Below are positions 1 to 11,168 of a stretch of 29,028 bases of DNA, piece after piece. The notes under the pieces were generated by a model. That model was not told the origin of the DNA, searched no databases, and worked only from the letters and a program-made list of their open reading frames with translations. Made by a program: the position numbers and the translations under genes. The DNA is from Proteromonas lacertae (Eukaryota). The stretch lies in the NCBI GenBank assembly GCA_002245135.1, contig NGBS01000020.1, positions 62,001 through 91,028 on the forward strand, given 5' to 3'. The first letter of the stretch is position 1. Each line of letters starts with the position of its first letter.

Positions 1-632
1 TGATTGAAAATAATAGAACAATTCATGAAGTATGTAATAAAGATGACATGCTTGGGGATATAAGGAATCAATCTGTTAATATAGGGAATAATTGTGAACC
101 TTGGATATCTAAGAAATGTATATATGTGCTTGACCACATACTTACGAATAGAATGAATGGTATAGAATGGAGTTCAGGTTCTAGTACTATATGGTTAAGT
201 TATAGATTAAAATCATTAATATCAATAGAACATTCATTAGGATGGGCTAAAAAGGTTAGAAATATTATTTCTAGAACAAATAAAAAGAAAATAGTTTCTA
301 TAATATCAATCACCCATGATGATATTGAAGTGTGCAAAAATGATAGTATATATATAAGCAAATTTGGTGGTAGAGATAAATGCTTTAAATCATATGTTAT
401 GAATAAATTTATAAAAGATATAAATTATGATTATATTAGTATTGATGGCAGAGCTAGAGCAGGTTGCATAATACGATCTATAGATTTAATTAAGTCAGAA
501 AATGGAATTCTTGTTTTAGATAACTCTGAAAGAGAAAGATATCAATATGCTATTAATATTATACCGAAACATTGGAGTAGATATAATTTTAAATATTCAA
601 ATGGAATTGTAACAATATGGATAACTCATTAA
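1..632 (+). CDS. Class I SAM-dependent methyltransferase, 5'-truncated by the window edge
   Basis: Frame is open from base 3. Motifs GIEWSSGSSTIWL (motif I-like), SIEHS, YDYISIDGRAR and GILVLDNSERERY. Confidence 0.75.
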   Translation, partial: IENNRTIHEVCNKDDMLGDIRNQSVNIGNNCEPWISKKCIYVLDHILTNRMNGIEWSSGSSTIWLSYRLKSLISIEHSLGWAKKVRNIISRTNKKKIVSIISITHDDIEVCKNDSIYISKFGGRDKCFKSYVMNKFIKDINYDYISIDGRARAGCIIRSIDLIKSENGILVLDNSERERYQYAINIIPKHWSRYNFKYSNGIVTIWITH

Positions 633-693
633 AATAAATATAATTATTTTGATAAAATATTAAAATTAATTGTTTCTTATCCACATCACATAG

Positions 694-1668
694 TTGATTA
701 ATAATACTATACCTCTATTGCTTAGTTTTCTGTTGTTTCTATTCTTATATATATATAGTATATATAATACTAACAATTTAATATGGAATGATTTTTTAAG
801 AATTAATAAAAAGAATATAAAGCCTTTTATTTTATTCTATCCCTTTATTGGTTGTGGATTTGCTAACAAGATTCCAACATTAGCTAGTAGTATTATACTT
901 TCACTTCTATCATATCATCCACTTTTCATTATTAATTGGTATCAAATTCGTCATTATTTTAAACTACCATATAGTCTATTCATTTATAGTTATAATTTTA
1001 CCAATACTTTGTTATATGATAGGAAAAATGAGACTGTTCTCAACAAATTAAATGAAGGAATCACAATTAGAATATATACAATTCATAGTTACACAAAGTC
1101 AATCCTTTTGTTCTACAATATAACAAATAATATTAAATATATTTTGAGAAATAATAAAAGAAAATATAACAGTATTGATATGTATATTCAACAGATATTT
1201 TTCATACCAACTTTATCCATCTATAAACATATTATGCGTTTTAAACTATTTATATCAAACAAATTAGCAATAGGTGTTCATATAAGAACTGGTTATTTAT
1301 CTGATTTCGGAGAAACAGATAAAAGATTCTTTAATAATAAGAGTATGAATCTGTATATCAATACAATTGAAAGTATAATTAATCATTATAGAAATGGTAG
1401 TCTTTTTATTGCTTCTGATTCTACTTTAATAAAAGAAATATTATATGAAAAATACAAGAATATTGTAATAAATTTTACTATTCCAGGAAAAATATGTCAT
1501 GCGAGACATTCAATGCATAAAAATAGAGAAATGAATTTATGTGTTGTTAGGCTAATTGCTGAAAACTACTTATTATCAGAATGTCATATTATTATTGGAA
1601 CAAAAAGCAGTACATATTTTAGTCTTGCTTGTAATAGAAGAATTGTGAAGTGTATATCTATTAATTAG
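694..1668 (+). CDS. Type II membrane fucosyltransferase-like protein (GT11/GT23/GT37-type GDP-Fuc fold), intronless, TTG start
   Basis: N-terminal hydrophobic anchor. Motifs GCGFANK, IGVHIRTG, LFIASDS and ENYLLSECHIIIGTKSSTYF. In-frame TAG at 691-693, and the first Met lies far downstream of the anchor. Confidence 0.7.
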   Translation: MINNTIPLLLSFLLFLFLYIYSIYNTNNLIWNDFLRINKKNIKPFILFYPFIGCGFANKIPTLASSIILSLLSYHPLFIINWYQIRHYFKLPYSLFIYSYNFTNTLLYDRKNETVLNKLNEGITIRIYTIHSYTKSILLFYNITNNIKYILRNNKRKYNSIDMYIQQIFFIPTLSIYKHIMRFKLFISNKLAIGVHIRTGYLSDFGETDKRFFNNKSMNLYINTIESIINHYRNGSLFIASDSTLIKEILYEKYKNIVINFTIPGKICHARHSMHKNREMNLCVVRLIAENYLLSECHIIIGTKSSTYFSLACNRRIVKCISIN

Positions 1669-1692
1669 CTGTTTATGTTCCAATAATTATAG

Positions 1693-3002
1693 ATGAATAT
1701 GAAGATCAACTTTACAATTAGATTATATATATGTTTATTTATAGTTATAATACAATTACTTTTAAATAGTTTTTATTCATATTCATCTTTAACAATAAAA
1801 AAGAAACTATGTTGGAGGAATTATCCTAAACAAAAACTAAATTTGAAAATTAAATCATCGTGCAAAATAAACCCATTAAAGTATTCTTTTAAATATTCAG
1901 ATGTAGTAAATGATAATATGATTAATTACACATTTATAAAATACAAAATAATGAATAATTATTTATTCTTTACCCTTGTTGATAATAATAGTTTTAAATT
2001 TCTTATGAATTTAAACAAAATATTCTTAGTACCTTATGAGATTAGAAGTTTAGCAACTATTGTGTTCGATAATATCACATTCAACCTATGCAAAATGAAT
2101 AAGATATTTTGTATATATGTGGAATGGCCATTGTTTATCAATTCTATAAAAGCTAGACACAAAATGAAAGTGTGGTTCTTTAAGTTCTATTTATTTTATG
2201 AAATGATTAGCAAAGGAGTATCTTTTCTATTCATTGACAGTGATATATTATTTATACAAAACTGTTTAAATCAATTATTAAACAGAAATGAAGATATAGT
2301 ATTATTAAAAAGTCAGTCAAATCATATATATGGTAATACAGGCATAGTGTATATTTAATTTTGATATGCTTTAGAAAAATAAACTCTAATGAACGTACAT
2401 TAGATGCTTTAAATTTTGGAATGAATATGTTGGTTAATCATCTATCAGAAATAAATAAATACTTTCCATCAGCAGAACAAAGTATATTTACATATATATA
2501 TAAAAGATATAAAAATCTTACATATGGATTATACAAACAACCATATTTTCAGGTAGGTATACCATCAGAAAAAGAAGTAATTAATAGGTGTATTGTTCAT
2601 CCAATACACTGTGATAAAGAATATTCATTAAAGGAGAGATTACTCTATTATTCAGATGATGGACAATACTATACATCTCTATCAAAAATTTATATAATTA
2701 TGAAAAGAAACACTTTAATAAGTAATATAAAGTATATAGTGAATGTAATGAGAATTTTGAATTTGACATTGATTATTCCTGATCAAAAGTGTAATAAACC
2801 ATATTGCATATATGAAATGCAACCGCAATTTGGAGATCAACTGTTAATTAAATATTTAAAACAGTCAAATGTTGAGTATCGTGAGTCTACTTTTTTGAGA
2901 CATCCTTTAGTACCAGATATATATAAAAAATACCATTTAATACATTTGAATGAATTAAATGACTATAAAAAACTACATCATACAAATTATATTACAGAAT
3001 AA
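1693..3002 (+). CDS. Nucleotide-diphospho-sugar transferase (PF03407/GT77-like); join(1693..2348,2375..3002)
   Basis: Signal anchor and FIDSD DxD motif. Removing the 26-nt intron 2349-2374 (GTATAT...TTTAG) fuses two ORFs into GNTGIVKINSNERT. Also EQSIF and a C-terminal YRESTFLRHPLVP shared with paralogues. Confidence 0.8.
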
Positions 3003-3008
3003 CTTTGC

Positions 3009-4098
3009 TTATTTGTATTTTCTACATTTCCTTTTTGTTTTTATTATTTCATAATACAAATGATCATAACTTGTTCTTCTTCCGTTAAAAAAGTATAACT
3101 GCTAGTTTTTGATGTTATATAATTATTTTTATATAATACTAGCAAAGAAAATGTACTTGCATAAGACAAAATCAGATAATGACATTTAGTAAGTAGATAA
3201 ATATCACCTAGTAATTTATCAAAGAAAGTATAAGAGTAGTAATATTTTTACTTAAGCCGCTACTATACAATATTTTATATTTTTCTTTATATATTGTTAC
3301 ATTTTTTATATATTTCTTTATCTTAATTATAAATGAAATGCTGTCACTGCTTAAAATTAATTTACATTTTCTAATACTACATATGTTTTTGCATGTATTT
3401 ACAATTGTAATAACAGTTCTATTATCTATAATGCATTTCCTATCATTAACCATACATTTATCACCAATTCTTACATGACATCCTATATAGAAAATGCTCT
3501 TTTTTAGGTTTTTAGTATCTATCAATCTCAATTTAATATATTTACTAAAAATATAATGATTAATATATATTATCTTTTCGTTGTGACTTAATTTGTGTAA
3601 TTAGTAAATGTAATTTAATTAACAAATTTTCAACATATTTCATATATAGTAATTGAGGAATTATATCATAATGACTTATTATTTCAATATTAGTTGTTTT
3701 CGATTTTATTATTTCTTCAATTATTTTACTAAAAGAAATACAATATGGATAACTTGAAAATCTATAGATTTCTTTTTTAGAAACATTAATACAAAATTTG
3801 TGTTTAACTATTACTCCATTGAAAATCACCAATTTATATAAAGTGTGCAAATTATATACTATTTGTTTATATAATTAAGAATACTAATAAATTTTCTTCT
3901 ACTTATTAAAGACAATATTAATGATGAACTAATTCCTAGTAATTTATTACCTAAACCGCAAGAATTAGGTTGTGTATATAAGTAAATAATTCTTAAATTA
4001 TGTGTAATTACGTTTAATAATAATAAAAATAATAGAAGTAGAAGGAGAAAAATATTATTAATATAATAATATGAGTAATTTTTATTTATTTCACTCAT
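3009..4098 (-). pseudogene. Fucosyltransferase-like gene with a 26-nt intron (3859-3884) and 2-3 frameshifts (pseudogene or homopolymer sequencing errors)
   Basis: Motifs CGLGNKL, YIGCHVRIGD, LILSSDS and, in another frame, DKLLGDIYLLTKCHYLILSYASTFS. Frame changes are consistent with indels in runs at 3575-3578, 3245-3249 and possibly 3087-3092. The 3' end is 3044 or 3009. Confidence 0.65.
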
Positions 4099-4100
4099 TT

Positions 4101-5468
4101 ATGATTTTTATATATTTCATTATTATAATTATTATTTACATATATTATAACACTATTAATAAAAAACCTGCTTTAAATAGCATTTTTACTAATAACAAAT
4201 TAAAAAATATAGCAATTAATAGAACTATAATTGCAATTGTTACATCAATTCATTATATTGATGAAGCAATTAATTTTTATATATTATCCATAAATAAACT
4301 AAATATCACCAATTATTTATTTATAGTATTAGATTATCTGTCATATAACAAGATGAAAGTATTCACTGAAAATGTTGTTATTTACGGATTAAATAAAAAA
4401 TATAATGGCTCAACAGAATTTGGAACAAAAAATTTTGGTAATATATCAATGATGAAAACATATATATTGTTAAATTTAATTAAGATGCATTACGATGTAT
4501 TAATTAGCGATGTAGATGTACATATTTTTAAAAACCCATTGATTTACTATCAAAAATATAAAACTGATATAGTAGCTTCTACAGATAGGAAGAATGAGAT
4601 GAATACTGGCTTATTGTATTAATAAAAGTAATATAATATAGTTTTACAAGGTATAGTAATAGAATAATTAAATTCATTATTGATATATTGAAATATTCAC
4701 AAAGAATATATATGCCAAATGATCAATTATACTGGAATAGTATTCTACATAAAAAATCTATAATCACTTATACTTTTATATCTCAAGAATTATGCGCAAG
4801 CGGAGAAACTTTTTTCTATAAGAAGTATAGACAATTCTATGAAGATTACAATAGTATTAAAAATAATATAATTTCTCTTAGCATCATATTATATTACAAT
4901 GCATAACAATTTTATCAGAGGAATAGAAACAAAAATATATAGAGAGAAAGAAATGTTGTTGTATGAATATGATAAGGATTATTATTATTCATCAACAACG
5001 AATAATTATTTAGTATTGAATATAGATAATTTAGTGTCAAGTTGCTTAAATGATGATGAAGATAATATTAAATATGGATTTCATTTATCATTCTATACAA
5101 ACAGAATCTTTATATTACCTAGAATTAGTTGCTTAAGGTGTAGAAGATTAAATATATCCAAGAAATATTGTAATTACTTGTCATTTTTTAGTATAAAAGA
5201 TATAAATAAACATTTAGGTAATATGTACCGAGAAAATGTAAAAATATCATGTTTATATTATTTATAGTCATTTTTAAAAAACCATTTAGTTCCTAAATCA
5301 ACATTAAAATGTTTAAAAGAAGTAAGTATTATTGATCATAACTCTTTTATTAAGCTCAAAGAATATAAGAATTATAAAGTATTAGTGGTTACTGTTTATA
5401 ATAAATACCTTATTAAAAATTATAGTAAAATAATTAATTTAGGAGTAAAAAGAAATGTTAGATGTTGA
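4101..5468 (+). CDS. Nucleotide-diphospho-sugar transferase (GT77-like); join(4101..4615,4642..4853,4882..5237,5268..5468)
   Basis: Introns 4616-4641 (26 nt), 4854-4881 (28 nt) and 5238-5267 (30 nt), all GTA...TAG, restore one frame: ISDVDV, MNTGLFFTRYS, NDQLYWN, ITMHNNF, YRENSFLKNHLVP, TGA at 5466-5468. An alternative in-frame ATG lies at 4071. Confidence 0.85.
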
Positions 5469-5492
5469 TAGATATTATCTAAAGTTGTATCT

Positions 5493-6254
5493 ATGTTTCT
5501 TTTAATGTTAATTTTTTATTTTCTAATGCTATATTCTTTGAAGTATAATAATTGTTCAGTTATTTATAATCTTACTATAGCAGTAATATCATGTAATAGA
5601 TTTGATTATTTAAATTTATGCATGTCTAGAATTATTAGTCATATTAGTAAATACGATAAAGAAATATACTATACTTTTATTATTTTTGATCAAGGAACTC
5701 CAAATAGAACATTTATAATCAGAAAGTATAATTTATACAACGTTTTTTATATGAATCCAAATGGATATACTTATTCTTTTCAGTTGTTATTCTCTTTTCT
5801 TTACACCAGATTTGTATTGCTTTTAGAAGAAGATTGGATTGTAATGAGAAATATAGAAAAGAAAATAAAACACTACAATTTTCTTTATACTTCAATGAGA
5901 GTTTTACATAATAGTGATTCAATATATGGCTTATACTTAAGACTACATCCTAAAGGTAATTCTAGTAAAAGATTATACAAAAGATTAAACATAACATATT
6001 ATGAAGTATATAAACCATGGAAGGATTGCTGTTACACTAATGGCGCATCTTTATACAAATCTAAATTATTAAAGAAAATGGGTTATGGTTATTCTGAGGT
6101 TAATACTAAAAGTCTGTGTTTAAAAATGAATTATCATATAGGGTATATTTATTGGGAGTTCTTAGATTATCAAAATGGAATTGAATATCCATTTAAGCAT
6201 ATTGGAATTAATAGTGCTAGAAAAAAAGGTATCTGCAAAATTTCATTGTATTAA
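5493..6254 (+). CDS. GT-A fold, GT2-like glycosyltransferase with N-terminal anchor
   Basis: Motifs LTIAVISCNRFDYL, IIFDQGT, FVLLLEEDW and a C-terminal FKHIG. Confidence 0.65.
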   Translation: MFLLMLIFYFLMLYSLKYNNCSVIYNLTIAVISCNRFDYLNLCMSRIISHISKYDKEIYYTFIIFDQGTPNRTFIIRKYNLYNVFYMNPNGYTYSFQLLFSFLYTRFVLLLEEDWIVMRNIEKKIKHYNFLYTSMRVLHNSDSIYGLYLRLHPKGNSSKRLYKRLNITYYEVYKPWKDCCYTNGASLYKSKLLKKMGYGYSEVNTKSLCLKMNYHIGYIYWEFLDYQNGIEYPFKHIGINSARKKGICKISLY

Positions 6255-7663
6255 ATACGAAATCTTTTACAAATTTCTTCTCTAACTATGCTTTGTGAAA
6301 TGAATTTAAAGAATTTAAGTTTGTTGATAAATTTTGAATTTAATCGTTTTATGTTAATATAATATGTAGAATATAGTGTGTTCTTTATTTCTTGAATTAC
6401 ATCTACTATTTTATTCTCATCCATAGTTATTTTGTATGTTGATTGAATTATTTCAGTAGGTATAAGAGGATGTGACAAGAATGTCTAAAAAATAGAAATA
6501 TTCTTTTATACGCTTTCTCTGTATAAGTATTTGCAACAGCTATTAATATCTCTAATTTTCCAAAATTCGATAAATGAACAATTAATATGATATTTACAAT
6601 ATTTACATATATATGAACAATGATCACACTTAAATTGAGGTAATATAAACACTGTATTTGTTTGTAATGCTAAATAGAAACCTAATTTCAAAATCATTTC
6701 ATCTTGATATAAGTTACTACTATTAAATAATAGCTTAATATATTTTCTTGATGTAGATGAGTAATACTCATGATAATCAAAAAAGTATAAATGCATCTCT
6801 TTTTGTCTATACAATTTTTTATCCATTCCAGTAATCCAATTGTTATGCATTGTAATATATTTACTATCTATAACATTATATAAAATTATACTATTCAAAT
6901 CATTATAAAATATTCTATTACCTCTAACATAAAACTCATCACCACATGGAAATAGTTTAATTGATAAATATGTAACATTAATTGTCTTGTTATATGTTAA
7001 TGCATAATTCCAATGAGCTTGTTCTCCTAAAGAAAAAATACGTCGATTCTTTGTCAGTATATTCATAAATTCTATCATTCTTTTATTTGATTTTGCTAGA
7101 CTATAAGGTTAATTATAAATATACTAAAAACCTGAATTCATAATCGGGCAATGATGATCACATGATGTTACAAGATCAGTATCTTGTTGTAATAAATAGT
7201 TTCTAGGATCAGTAAAGAAAAATAAATCACTATCACATAATATAATGTTATATTTTCTTTCTATTAACATTTTTACATAGTCCGTTTTAGAATATACTAT
7301 TTTCCAATATAGAGGGGTATTATAATCTATATGTTCAGATATATTTTTATATTCTAATGCCATAAACACATTTTTCACTATACTTTTCATCATATAATAA
7401 CCTTTTGTATCTAATGACAAAAATATAACATTACTTATATTTAATTTATATATTGATGAGTAATAAAAGTTCATTACTTGTTCATAAATATTTGAAGTAA
7501 ATATCGTTAATACAATAGCATCATCTTTAATAATTCTTTTGTAGAAATTTCTACTAAATATATATTCTATTTTTTTATTTACAGTCATGTATTTTATAAG
7601 TCTTATATATACAGCTAGTATTATAAATATGATGAAAATGGATATGAATTTTTTTCTTGTCAT
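6251..7663 (-). CDS. Nucleotide-diphospho-sugar transferase (GT77-like); introns 7101-7124, 6868-6891 and 6485-6511
   Basis: Introns of 24, 24 (in-frame) and 27 nt lie at the same three positions as in the 4101-5468 paralogue. The spliced product has LCDSDL, MNSGFYLAKS, GEQAHWN, SKYITMHNNW and YRESTFLSHPLIP. ATG at 7663 precedes the anchor; the longer track ORF starts inside the transposon end. Confidence 0.85.
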
Positions 7664-7701
7664 AATATTAATATATTTAATATAAATCAATAATTTAAAT
7701 A

Positions 7702-7722
7702 CAGTCATAACCCGATAATTCG
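7702..7722 (+). repeat. Left terminal inverted repeat of the pogo element
   Basis: Exact reverse complement of 10310-10330; CAGT terminus after TA. Confidence 0.93.
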
Positions 7723-7971
7723 ACACTTCAAACCTTATGAAACGGTAAAAAAGGTCGAATTATGTTTATGTATATTACAGATGTTTTATGGTTAATATAA
7801 CATAATAATTTGTAATTTCTATAAATTTATGTTTATTCTGACCAATATATAACCTTTATGTATGTTAATTATTTTTTTTCTTAAATCTTGTATAGTTAGT
7901 ATCCTCTAATTAAAATTTAGAAACAATTTAAACAGTAAAATATAGGAATATCACTAATTTATTAATAGTAA

Positions 7972-9546
7972 TTATATAAGATCCATCATTAGTTCTCGCA
8001 TAGCTATTTTAACTCTTTGTCTTTTACAGCTATTAAGATTACATTGTAGAATTTTTTCTACATATTTTCCAATACATTTTATACTTTTTCTTTCTTCTTC
8101 CTCTGTTAAACAATTATCATTTACTATTACCATTTCTTCATCAACTATTAATACTTGATCTTCAGGATCAAGATCTACATTCATGAATTTTGTGAAATCT
8201 TCGATATTATTTGATTGATATAATGATGAACTTGATAGAAATGCATTCTTGCATTTTTTCTGTCTCAATCCTTTAATATTATTAATTATTTCTTTTAATT
8301 CAGTTTCTATTGTTTTATTATCTACTGTAATATTTCTTTGAAGTTCTAAATTCAATTGTATAGTTTGTTCACTTGATGGAAGGCCACTATGAATCCAACA
8401 TCTTGCTACTGTTTCTTTTCTAAGACTTTGATATACTTTTGTCATTAAATAAACACAGTCTCCTATATTGGGAGGTCTTCCCGTATAAATACTTCCACTT
8501 CCATTTGTAATATTACTAAATTTTATCTTTAACTCATCAAAGTTTTCAATAGTATAAATACATTCTTTTAATACAGAAGTTTTGTATTGAACTTTTAATG
8601 AATTGATTATACCTTGGTCCAAGGGTTGATGTAGGGATGTACAGTTTGGTGGTAAAAAGACTATTCTTATGTTATTATACTTGAATTCCATGTCTGTAGG
8701 ATGGCCTGGACAGTTATCTAGTATAAGTAATATATTTCTATTAACCAGCTCTTTTGATACTGTTGGGATAAATAATTTTTCTATCCAATATGTGAATGTA
8801 AATTTATTCATCCATCCCCTTTTCTCGCTTATGTAGTTATCAGGAGTCTGAATAAAACAATTGGGCTTCTTTGATTTACCTATAAATAAAAGAGGTACTT
8901 TTATGGAATTATTCATGTTTGTGGTTACGGCTATTGATAATCTGTTTTTCTGCAATTTACAACCTCTGTAACTGCTCTTTTCACTTCCATTAACTACACA
9001 AGTTTGGGGAAGTTGCTGAAAATAAAGAGCAGTTTCATCCATATTAAATACTTCATCGACACTATATTTACTTATAATTGACTTAATTTCTGTCAAATTC
9101 ACAACTTGTGCAGATCCAGCTTCACCATTTAACTTTATTGAATAAAGATCATTACGATCCATTAGATTTTGAATGTAATGTTGGCTGATGGATTGACTTT
9201 TTGAGAATTGTTTTGCTTTGACTAGTAACATAGTTTCAGTAACAGGTATATGTGTTAAATTAAACATACCGTGAGCTTTATTGTACCAATTAATGAGATA
9301 TTTTTCTAATTTCGGGTATTTTGTAGGTTTTGTTCTTTTTTTATTTATATGATTTTTGGAAGGGTGTAAATATGGTAAAATGGAGTATTTGTTGTCAATC
9401 CAGCCTTTTAATGTTGTTCTACTTACATTGTGCTTTAATTGCACTTCTAAAGATGTCATATTGTCATCTTCCATCTCAAATAAAATTGATGCTTTCTCTG
9501 GTAATGTTCTTTGTTGGTATTTTCGTTTAGTAGGGGAGTTTGACAT
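7972..9546 (-). CDS. pogo/Tigger transposase (HTH + CENP-B-type HTH + DDE_1), DD32D
   Basis: 524 aa uninterrupted. Motifs KYPKLEKYLINW, VFNMDETALY, GWMNK, LLILDNCPGHP and LPPNCTSLHQPLDQGII. I count 32 residues between the 2nd and 3rd Asp. Confidence 0.93.
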   Translation of the reverse strand: MSNSPTKRKYQQRTLPEKASILFEMEDDNMTSLEVQLKHNVSRTTLKGWIDNKYSILPYLHPSKNHINKKRTKPTKYPKLEKYLINWYNKAHGMFNLTHIPVTETMLLVKAKQFSKSQSISQHYIQNLMDRNDLYSIKLNGEAGSAQVVNLTEIKSIISKYSVDEVFNMDETALYFQQLPQTCVVNGSEKSSYRGCKLQKNRLSIAVTTNMNNSIKVPLLFIGKSKKPNCFIQTPDNYISEKRGWMNKFTFTYWIEKLFIPTVSKELVNRNILLILDNCPGHPTDMEFKYNNIRIVFLPPNCTSLHQPLDQGIINSLKVQYKTSVLKECIYTIENFDELKIKFSNITNGSGSIYTGRPPNIGDCVYLMTKVYQSLRKETVARCWIHSGLPSSEQTIQLNLELQRNITVDNKTIETELKEIINNIKGLRQKKCKNAFLSSSSLYQSNNIEDFTKFMNVDLDPEDQVLIVDEEMVIVNDNCLTEEEERKSIKCIGKYVEKILQCNLNSCKRQRVKIAMRELMMDLI

Positions 9547-10309
9547 TTTAAATAAAGGAGGCTAATTTAAATCTCACGACAAGCCAAGCATTTTTTTTAT
9601 TTCAATTGATTTAATAAGATGATACAATGAGATTTTTATGATGAACAACAATTGTTACAATATTAACAAAATAGAATATAAAAATATCATAAGCAGCTGT
9701 TAGATATTCAATTAATCCTTTTTTCTTTATATCTCCTATATATAGACTAAAATCATTACCGCTAAACTAATTCAATCATAAAATATCACATTATATCACA
9801 AAAAGATTAGTAGACTAAAAATTGAATATATTACTCTTAAAAGTATAGCTATTAATTATGTATGTATTGCATATCTCGACATTAGTCTATTAAGTATTTT
9901 AAGCAGTTCAACCATATATAAATCTAGTATAGTTAGGAAGTATTTCACATTTACTATTTATATACTAACTTATGTATTATTTTGGGTGTAGTATAACTTA
10001 GAATAAATGATATATATATTTTTAAAATATAATCTCTAAAATATTTTATCTTACAAACAAATTTACTTAATTAGATATAGTTTCTTCTCTTTTTCTATTT
10101 ACACAAATAAATTACTATTCATACTTCAGTTATACATCTAAAAATTTGTTACTAATTACTCATTTTTCTAAATTATTTATTTTTACTCTAAAATACATCA
10201 GCATAGTAGATAGTATTACTATAAAATGCTATGAGCTAAAAAAATATGTTGATATAGACTATAAATAACAAAAACCATAAAAAACAAAAAAGGTCGTATT
10301 ATAAAACGA

Positions 10310-10330
10310 CGAATTATCGGGTTATGACTG
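10310..10330 (-). repeat. Right terminal inverted repeat of the pogo element
   Basis: CGAATTATCGGGTTATGACTG followed by TA. Confidence 0.93.
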
Positions 10331-10344
10331 TAATCTAAATTTAA

Positions 10345-11133
10345 ATGATTTGTAACATACTATTTTATTTTATTATTGTTATTATTATTTATATGAGATA
10401 TCCTAATACAAATTATTCTTTTTGTTTAGTAATTAGAGTATATAAAATAACAACAAAGCAAATATTTAGATACACAGAATGGAAAAATAGTTTTGCGAAG
10501 TATATAAACATATATATATTATCTATGACCAAATTAAATATTACTATATTAAACAACTCATATATTGTATTTAAAAGGTAATTGTAAAAATTACAAAACT
10601 TCAAGACTATTTTCATGGATTTCACATTCAGAATCTATTATTATATTCTATAAAAAGTTAGAGGTAAAATATAATTTCATTTGGATTATTGAACAAGATG
10701 TAGCATATTTAGGTAGTTTATACAGATTTATATCTTTATATCAGTCTAAAAAAACAGTCCTTGTTACTATAGGTGTTGGAAGAATAACTAATAGATTGGT
10801 GTGGTTTAATTGTGAATCAGAGAGATATTTAAACAGAAGAAATACATTTTTCAAAAATAACTGTGGATATGTAAATAGAGAATATGTTCAGAGATGGTCA
10901 AATATATTTGTATTAAAAATAGCCAATGATTTACAATACCATTTTCACTCTCTCAAAGTGAAACAAGTACAATAGAATTAGTTTTCTATTATAATTTATC
11001 ATATGAATGTACATCAAAATCCTTTATTGCATTACCATTATCACCAGGCAAAACTTTAATAGAATCTGAATGGAGTGTCATTTCTCAAAACATAAGAAAT
11101 CACAACAAATTTTTTCATCCATTAAAATATTAG
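10345..11133 (+). pseudogene. Frameshifted type II membrane putative glycosyltransferase (DUF3405-like)
   Basis: Three consecutive frames: anchor segment; KYNFIWIIEQDVAYLG segment; tail SETSTIEL...NKFFHPLKY* (TAG 11131-11133). The shift near 10565-10580 has no usable intron. The second shift is explained by an extra CT in CTCTCTC at 10948-10954. Confidence 0.55.
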
Positions 11134-11168
11134 AGGTAATAGATTAATAATAATTAATATCAAAAAAA

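Larger units (their letters stand above)
7702..10330 (-). mobile_element. Complete pogo/Tigger-family (Tc1/mariner superfamily) DNA transposon, 2629 bp
   Basis: Perfect 21-bp TIRs CAGTCATAACCCGATAATTCG (7702-7722 and 10310-10330), TA on both flanks (7700-7701, 10331-10332) and an intact transposase. Confidence 0.93.

Noticed and set aside
3208..3587. 43-nt (GTCACA...TTTAG) and 44-nt (GTAAAA...ACTAG) introns that would repair the FucT frameshifts
   Set aside because: They restore frame but are much longer than other cluster introns, one has an atypical GTC donor, and they remove residues that appear to align with paralogues. Not fully excluded without RNA data.
9741..9766. Similarity of pogo-internal TATAGACTAAAATCATTA to the MITE TIR
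   Set aside because: Short, AT-rich and not terminal; chance is sufficient.
5719..10625. Short ORFs 5719-5922, 9330-9530, 9356-9565 and 10413-10625 (also 27161-27367)
   Set aside because: Antisense shadows of better-supported genes, with no motifs.
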